Assembly (NCBI GenBank): GCA_013239625.1
Contig: MU056029.1
Span: forward strand, 744,001 to 808,000
Direction of reading: 5' to 3'
Origin: Lama guanicoe
Taxonomy: Eukaryota
Length of the DNA: 64,000 bases
Position numbers and translations under genes: made by a program. The notes beneath the pieces were generated by a model that was given only the letters and a program-made list of their open reading frames with translations, did no database searches and was not told where the DNA came from. Below are positions 62,022 through 64,000 of the stretch, one piece after another (position 1 is the stretch's first letter; each line of letters starts with the position of its first letter).

Positions 62022-62131
62022 GGGGGAAGGGTAGAGCTCAGTGGCAGAGCACGTGCTTAGCATGCTTGAGGTCCTGGGTTCAATCCCCGGTACCTCCATT
62101 AAAAAAATTAAATAAATTAACTTAAAAAATG
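62022..62131 (+). mobile_element. tRNA-derived SINE (Vic-1-like) with TSD
   Basis: A/B boxes (agctcagtgg, gggttcaatccc); A-rich tail; perfect 14-bp TSD aacagcaacagtga (62008-62021 / 62134-62147). Confidence 0.95.
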
Positions 62132-62324
62132 AAAACAGCAACAGTGATTTTTTTTAATGTCCATTTTTTAAAAACACCTTTATTGTGGTATGGTTCCTGC
62201 ACAGTAAACTACACATATTTCAAATGTACACTTTGATGAGTTTTAATAGATGAAATGAAACCATTACCACAATCAAGATAGGTAACATTTATTTCCATCA
62301 CAAACCCAAGAGGTGCAGTTTTTG

Positions 62325-62815
62325 AAATCCCAATTTATCCCTTCCTACTCCCTTTAACCCCAGGCGACATTAAGTTTGTTCTCTATGTCTGTGAGTCTGT
62401 TTCTGTTTTGTAGATAAGTTCATTTGTGTCCTTTTTCTTAGATTCCACATATAAGCAATATTATATGGCATTTTTCTTTCTCCTTCTGGCTTACTTCACT
62501 TAGAATGATGATCTCCTGGTCCACCCATGTTGCTGCAAATGGTATTATTTTATTCTTTTTTATGGCTGAGTACTATTCCATTGTATATATGTACCACAAC
62601 TTCTTTATCCATCCATCTGTCGATGGACATTTGGGTTGTTTCCATGTCTTGGCTATTGTATATAGTGCTGCTATAAACACTGAGGTGCATGTATCTTTTC
62701 AAATTAGAGTTCCCTCTGGATATATACACAGGAGTGGGATTGCCAGATCATATGGTAAGAGTATTTTTAATTTTTTCAGGAATCTCCATACTGTCCCCCA
62801 TAGTGGCTGCACCAG
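62325..62815 (-). mobile_element. L1 3' region fragment
   Basis: agattccacatataag, ccatgttgctgcaaatgg, ggagtgggattgccagatcatatggta. Confidence 0.92.
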
Positions 62816-63761
62816 TGATTTTTAAAGAAGTCTCTCACCATGAGGTGACTCTAGCAGTAGACTGGGACCCATGTCCCTATCCTCAGCCTGTTCCTCCCAG
62901 CTTAATTTTTCTCCCAACTCCCTGATAAGATGCAGCAAGCATCAAATGAAACATGAATCATACTAATACTCACGATTGTAAAAATGCTCCACACATATCT
63001 GTGCATTCGTGTAAGACATGTGATAAATGCTATATGCATACACTTTTGGACACAAATAAGATCAATGCTTATCTATACACATTTTTATGGAGGCAAACTC
63101 TAGTTTTACCACGAGGAATAACAGCTTTCAAGCAAAGAAAATCCAAGGGGGAGTTGGAAGGTAGAGTTACTTCCCCAGTCCCCAGCCACTTAGCTTCTTG
63201 CTTCTAGAGACAAGGATGCTAGTGGTTCCTCCCCACCTTCCCTTCCTGGTTCCAGGCCACCCCAAGAAGGCACACGCTGAGAAGTTTGGGTGCAACATTT
63301 TTATGGAGAAGAACCGGGAAGGGGGCAGAGTTCATGAGGAAGGTGGCCCGGACGAGTGAGATCGGTGGGTAGGTTGCTGGGGCCGAGCTGAGCAGAAGAG
63401 AGAGGGAGGCAGCCACTGGGCGGTGGTCAGATCTCCCCAGGAGGGTATCAGAGATGGACAGGAGGCTGAGACCGTGGAGGGGCACACACAGAGGCCACAG
63501 CCCCAGAGAAGCCAGGACACAACCACAGAAGGGAGACCGACACAGAGCCGCGCTTTCGGACGGTGGGCGGCTGGGGGCTGGGGGCACAGCTCAGGGGGTC
63601 GCGCACGTGCAGGAGGCATTTCAGTTCTCAGTGCCTCCCTTTGCAAAGAGAAAAAGCAAAGAGAAACCAAAAGAAAGTGGGAGGCTCGATGTTCTGACTC
63701 TTTTACTTCATGTGATGCACTTTTATGGAACACGCGCGATAACTTACAGAGGATAGCAGTC

Positions 63762-64000
63762 TGTTAGGGCTTCCGTAGCGAACTGTCAGAGAGTGGGGGC
63801 CTTAAACAGCACACTTGTGCTTTCTCGTGGTTCTGGGGGCTGGAGGTCCCAGGTCAAGGTGCCGACAGGGTTGGTCTCTCCTGAGGCCTCTCTCCTTGGC
63901 TTGTAGACAGCCGCCTTCTCCCTAGGGTCCCACATGGTCCTCCCTCTGGGCGTGACTGTGTCCTCATCTCTTCTTCCTATAAGGACACCCGTCAGATTGG
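63762..64000 (-). mobile_element. MLT1 LTR, runs off the window end
   Basis: ggccttaaacagcac...ggttctgggggctggaggtcccaggtcaaggtgccgacagggttgg...cctctctccttggcttgtagacagccgccttctc. Confidence 0.9.

Noticed and set aside
63219..63767. ORFs in a purine/GC-rich patch
   Set aside because: Compositional artefact open on both strands, with no recognisable product

Overview
A 64-kb stretch of eutherian, most likely camelid, non-coding DNA (intergenic or deep intronic). The camelid call is an inference from six tRNA-derived Vic-1-like SINEs. I found no credible protein-coding gene. The only ORFs with recognisable homology are decayed LINE-1 ORF1/ORF2 pieces. Much of the window is interspersed repeat: old and younger L1, L2, MIR, MLT1/MER21/MER74-like and ERV1-type solo LTRs (two families present twice), hAT-type MITEs, SINEs and microsatellites. 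There is one small CpG island near 5.5 kb. I cannot support a novel biological system here. The most interesting signals are: TSD-bounded retroposed insertions carrying non-L1 sequence, including a probable L1 3' transduction; a twin-primed L1 inversion; a SINE-L1 chimera candidate; a 68-bp piece of L1 ORF1 apparently copied locally; an 82-bp direct repeat much better conserved than its flanks; and a 40-bp tandem duplication inside an immune-type motif cluster. Repeat family names come from recalled consensus sequences, not a database search. Boundaries without a stated TSD are approximate (tens of bp).
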